The notes under the pieces are model-generated. The model did no database searches and was not told the DNA's origin. It worked only from the letters and a program-made list of their open reading frames with translations. The translations under genes and the position numbers were made by a program. Shown one piece after another: positions 59,531 to 64,000 of a stretch of DNA of 64,000 nt. The stretch is from Takakia lepidozioides (lineage: Eukaryota; Plantae; Bryophyta), in assembly GCA_030704615.1 (NCBI GenBank), contig CM060733.1, positions 38,812,001 through 38,876,000 of the forward strand. Direction: 5' to 3'. The number at the start of each line of letters is the position of its first letter. Within the stretch, counting starts at the first letter, position 1.

Positions 59531-61334
59531 TTCTGCAACGAAAATGAAGCTCAGGTATCAGCTTTTTCCATATCAGCTCTGAAGTAAAAACTTGCACGGT
59601 GTATGGAGGAATATATGTACGAATGTGCATGTCTCTGCGGTTTGGGCTAAAGTTTAGTACAGATTGGTTCTTCCAAAAAGTTTCAAAAGGTCAGAGATTT
59701 CACTAAAGAAAGTGTTGTTCTCAACTTCGTAGTTTTTGCGGGTCGACCACCCTTAGTCGCTAATGGTTGGTCTCAGGCTTACCCTCCCCTTTTCTCCGTC
59801 AATACGCGGAGGATGAATAGGCGCAATGCTACAATAATCAATCCACGCAGGTGGTGAATAGATGTATCAGAACAATTACTAATGGTAGCCCGTCTAAGAA
59901 TGCATGCTTCATGAAGTTCCTACGGAGGGCAGAGAGAAAGAATAAGAATGAAAGAAATCCGATGCGAGATATAGACTCATGTAGTACTATTGAGCAGACT
60001 AGTTCCAGTGACTAACAGAATAGGCCAATTATGTAAAACTTCAGTGTTTTCTAGCAGGAACCGCAGCAATACAAGAATTCCTAGTTGAAGAGTTACTTAT
60101 TCCTTTTGGATTCAAAATATCAACGTTGCCAACGATGTGCATAGCCGCAGGACAACAGCAACGGGGGTTAAGGTATGGCTGTTGAGCGTGCACACATGTG
60201 TCCTCATTATTATGTAATACCTAGAAGGTATTTTTGTGGAGCTAGGAACTCAAGGAAGGAACAAAGGAAGACCAAAGATCTGAAAATTGTAATGTCTTAC
60301 TAGACGTCCTAGCCTTGCTCATCTTCCATGCAGTTCAATCTGCTAGTACTCCCAGAATGTCTGCTACAAGTATGTCATGCCGAATGAGATCTTCGATGTG
60401 AATCTATGTTACAAATGACAAATACATAGGTATGAACCAGTACTGGTATGAACATGTTGTCACTCTACCTCGATATGCTTTCTCCTCAAAATACGAACAC
60501 AATTCTCATGGAGAAATCACCGTTAGCCAACACACAACTCAACGGTTCACCCTATAAAAACAATGCGTATTGCTTCTGGCATACTCTTAGGCTTTATTTC
60601 CCAGCCTTCCCTGCAGTTAATTGGTTGTCGCTAATAAGATCGACCACAACCAGCTTACTGAATGCTTAACTTAATCTAGAAACAGATGAACTCATAAACA
60701 TGAGACTGTATATCTATGGTGCTAACCTGTGTCAATACCGTCTCGTTATGGCTGATTCTCCATGGCTCTAAAGCAAAAGCGCAACACGATGAATTCTTTG
60801 GATCCCTACGTCACACTAGAAGAACACGAGTACGATTTCCTCTATGTGACCCTCCGCTAATTTCCTGGTGTCACACGCTAAGGTATTTGAATATGTGTGC
60901 AGGAACTGCGCCGGCTGGGAGGATGAGAACTGAGTAGACGAAAACTTCCAGAACCACGGGGGCTTTTGCTACATCAAACAAGTACCAATAGCATCCGGGA
61001 TGCAAATTTTCACCTCTCGGAAGAGACGGAGAGAAAGAGAGTAAAGTTTGTTGAACGTCCAGTGGATTTACAATAAAGAGAGAGAGAGAGCGAGATCGAG
61101 GAGGGGGACAGAGATCATCAAGGACTTCCTCAAACACTCAAGAATCTACAGAGCGAGAAAGGAAAAAGCGATGGGATGCAACCCTTCAAGGGTCACGTCC
61201 GTTCAACGCCTTCAGATCGTCACGTCCGTTCACGTCGACGTTATTAGCCACCACGGGCCACATGATGGATGAGATACTCTCTGCATCCCTTGGATGAATA
61301 ATGGAATCTAATACGATGTCGTAAATGACTCACT

Positions 61335-61344
61335 GCCACGTGTC
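61335..61344. promoter_or_regulatory. G-box/ABRE-like element in the divergent RING/F-box intergenic region (second ACGTGGC at ~61612)
   Basis: GCCACGTGTC and TACGTGGC. Confidence 0.35.
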
Positions 61345-61968
61345 TCAATACATGGCGGTAGCGTACAAACCACACCACAGCATTTTCTCCTCAACAGGAC
61401 CCACAGCAACTGACTTTAAGTTAAATCAATTATAATAAATTATCTACATTATCCGTGCAAATTAAATATAATTAATCCGTTTATTTCTCATTTATTTTCA
61501 AGAGCAATGATTGCGACATTTGTCGTATCATCGCACAGCTTATCCATGCGTTTAATAACTGTTACCGCCTATAAAGAACTGCCACTTGTCACCGTCGAAA
61601 GCATCTACGCTACGTGGCCGGGCCCCATTGCAGCACGCCTTTATTAGGGGTTATTAGTTGTCTGCTGAATCGCTGACTGGGTTTACGAAAATGTGGCTCG
61701 CCGGCCGAGGTGTCGGTCGACAAGGACGCCGCAAGTGCAGAGACAGCGAGGAGCAGCATTTGGATAAGGGCAGGAATTAAACAATTTGTCGCTGCTGCAG
61801 TATAATTAGGCACAGCAGCAGCAGCTTAGGCGGAGTGTCCTGACACACAAACCCTGCAGGCAAGGATCGGGCAGGAGGAAGAAGAGGAAGAAGAGGAAGA
61901 CGAGAGAGATCTGAGACTGTGTGTGAGTGAGGAAAGAGTGGGGTTTGGGGAGTGCGTTGTATCGAGGA

Positions 61969-63084
61969 ATGGAGGAGGAGGATGAAGATGGGCTGGTGAT
62001 GAGATCGGTGCCGGATGAGGTGATGGAGCTCATACTGAAGCGGCTGCCAACTCGGGATTTGCTCAGATTCAAGACTGTCTCCAAGCGATGGTACGCTATG
62101 ATCTCCTCCCCAAACCTGCAGTCTGACTATTCAGGGCCCCCATTCACTGAGCAGTGGCTGCTCATGCTTCCCGTAAATTCCCATGTGGACAAGCTGTATG
62201 CATTCATACCGCGGATCAATCGGTGGCAACCGCTCACTCTCCCCAAGACGATCTCTCACCAATTTCAGTATGTAGACGCTGCAGGTGGTAATCTAGTGTG
62301 CTTGACCGATCGCGGATCCAACAAGTGTGGAGTCACTAGAGTTGTTGTGTGCAATCCACTGATGAAAACATGGCAAGAGTTGCCCCCACTTCAGATACCA
62401 GGGCAGATTCAGATTATGGGTATGAATCCAGATACCAAGGCCTTCAAAATCCTTGCAACTGTTCCGAGCACTGTTCCGAGCACTGTTACTGATTGGAGCG
62501 CGCAGACTTTCGTGGAGGTATACGATTCTGAGCTCAATTGCTGGAAGAGAATGACAACCCCAGTCTCATCAGTAGCGGCTGATTCCACCCCGATGATTTA
62601 CTGTAATTCTTGCTTCTACTTTCTGGGTTCAAATTTTAGTCTTTTTGGCTTGGACATGGAGCGAGAGGTCTGGATTGAGGTCCGCACGACAGGCCTGCAC
62701 TTTGGGATAGGAGTCATATGCGAAGACAGAAAGCTGATAGAAAGTGGCGGGCATTTCATCCTCTTTACCGCGGAGGTCGACCTTTATGGAAAGAGGGACT
62801 TCACTCTCTGGACGCTGAATGCTGCGCTGAAGTGGGAGAGGGCAGCAGAAACGCCGTGGTTTGTGTCAAGCCACTTTTTAAACGATCATAGTAGCTTCAG
62901 TGTCCTGGCTACCAGGTGTGGTAGCTCTATTTATCTCAAGAACTCTCAATACTCTCGAGTGGCCCAGGTTGATCTTCTTGATGATGGTGACGGATGGACT
63001 CCTCGCAAAGAGTGCTGGCGATGGATTCCAGAGCATCCAGCTGCAGTCCCCCTTCGCACAATGTTTCAATCTCTTTGGCTTTGA
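61969..63084 (+). CDS. F-box protein with kelch/FBA-like beta-propeller C-terminus (371 aa, single exon)
   Basis: F-box VPDEVMELILKRLPTRDLLRFKTVSKRW; AAGGNLVC, VVCNPLMKTWQELPP, EVYDSELNCW; first ATG at 61969. Confidence 0.93.
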   Translation: MEEEDEDGLVMRSVPDEVMELILKRLPTRDLLRFKTVSKRWYAMISSPNLQSDYSGPPFTEQWLLMLPVNSHVDKLYAFIPRINRWQPLTLPKTISHQFQYVDAAGGNLVCLTDRGSNKCGVTRVVVCNPLMKTWQELPPLQIPGQIQIMGMNPDTKAFKILATVPSTVPSTVTDWSAQTFVEVYDSELNCWKRMTTPVSSVAADSTPMIYCNSCFYFLGSNFSLFGLDMEREVWIEVRTTGLHFGIGVICEDRKLIESGGHFILFTAEVDLYGKRDFTLWTLNAALKWERAAETPWFVSSHFLNDHSSFSVLATRCGSSIYLKNSQYSRVAQVDLLDDGDGWTPRKECWRWIPEHPAAVPLRTMFQSLWL

Positions 63085-64000
63085 CCTTTTGACATGAGCA
63101 GTTCTCCGCCCCCGGCCCCCCTTATTTTTCCTCGCTCTTTCCCTGTGTCCCCTTCTCCTCTCGTCACCACTACTGCCTCAATCAGAGGTGGCAACCAGCA
63201 TGCCAACAGATCTGCCGACTACATTCGTCTTAGTGTGGACGAAGGGTTGTCAATACTTAGAGCATCTGGCAATATGACGTTCGAGAACAGGATTCAAGTA
63301 GATTTTCATGGTATCTGTCTGCAAGATTGCGATGGCTTGGTTTATGGTGAACTGCCAACAACATTCGATTGAATAGATGTGCCTATTAATTAGCATGACA
63401 GCTCCAAAGGATTTATCACCAAACCAAAATAGTGAAGGTTGTGTTTTCGTCCCTGAGCGTCTGTTGTCTGTGCCTCTCTTAACAGTGGTGTTAACCCCCA
63501 CAAATAGGCTGTAGCAATCTTCACTGTAACAGTGTCATTTTCTTCTATATCCTTTCAGCACTTTCAGTGCCAGAATAGCAACTAGGCTGGAATAAACTTC
63601 AACTTCACCAATGATAGTGAGCACCCAAATGAGGGGTACTGGTCCCTTTCCCTCGTGTCCCATGCTTTCCGCTCTACATTTATTTCTTCTTTGCAAACCA
63701 CAGTCACATGTCACGTGTACGCTGTTGGAGGCATCATCTTCTCCAAAATCATTTCTGTGCCTCTCCTGGATCATCCTGGCGAGGACTGTGGGATGCTATT
63801 ATCTGGTGGATTTAACCCATGCCAGGTCTTGGAATCCAACACTAGTTACACTGGTGAAGAAAAATCGGAGGACAATAATTAAATGTCTCAGGTAATATGA
63901 GAAGATTATGGATGCTCGAGTGGTCCAAGGAAGTAATACTTTCAACTGCCGCTCCAGTGCATGCATGTCCATTGTCTCACTTATTCGCTCTACTTATGCT

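Overview
Eukaryotic nuclear DNA from a land plant, probably a non-seed plant. This is inferred from the GT-AG introns, a DYW-type PPR, iMet-primed LTR elements, TTTAGGG-like motifs and a Sola1-like transposase. Host genes: the 5' part of an NPF/PTR transporter (minus, runs off the window), an intact 10-exon RPA32 gene, a single-exon dirigent-family gene, a multi-exon coiled-coil/RING gene, a single-exon F-box gene, and a truncated DYW-PPR pseudogene. About half the window is transposon-derived. The largest block is a three-level LTR nest: a Copia (10149-28341, TSD AAGCA) contains a minus-strand Gypsy chromovirus (11618-25048, TSD TCGGG), which contains a plus-strand copy of the same family (15737-22690, TSD ACTCG). 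Other elements are a ~7 kb Sola1/DUF7869-like DDD transposon with telomere-like tandem repeats and a recurring CG palindrome, stacked Helitron-like 3' ends, a TA-TSD MITE, two tRNA-derived SINEs and an L1 fragment. The least explained items are a strand-specific structured-RNA candidate at 38387-38613, a GC-rich structured segment at 28395-28770, an inverted LTR/PBS/gag patch replacing the chromodomain of the outer Gypsy, and a RING gene with a transposase-associated-like Zn motif. I cannot demonstrate a new biological system from sequence alone. All coordinates were read by eye.
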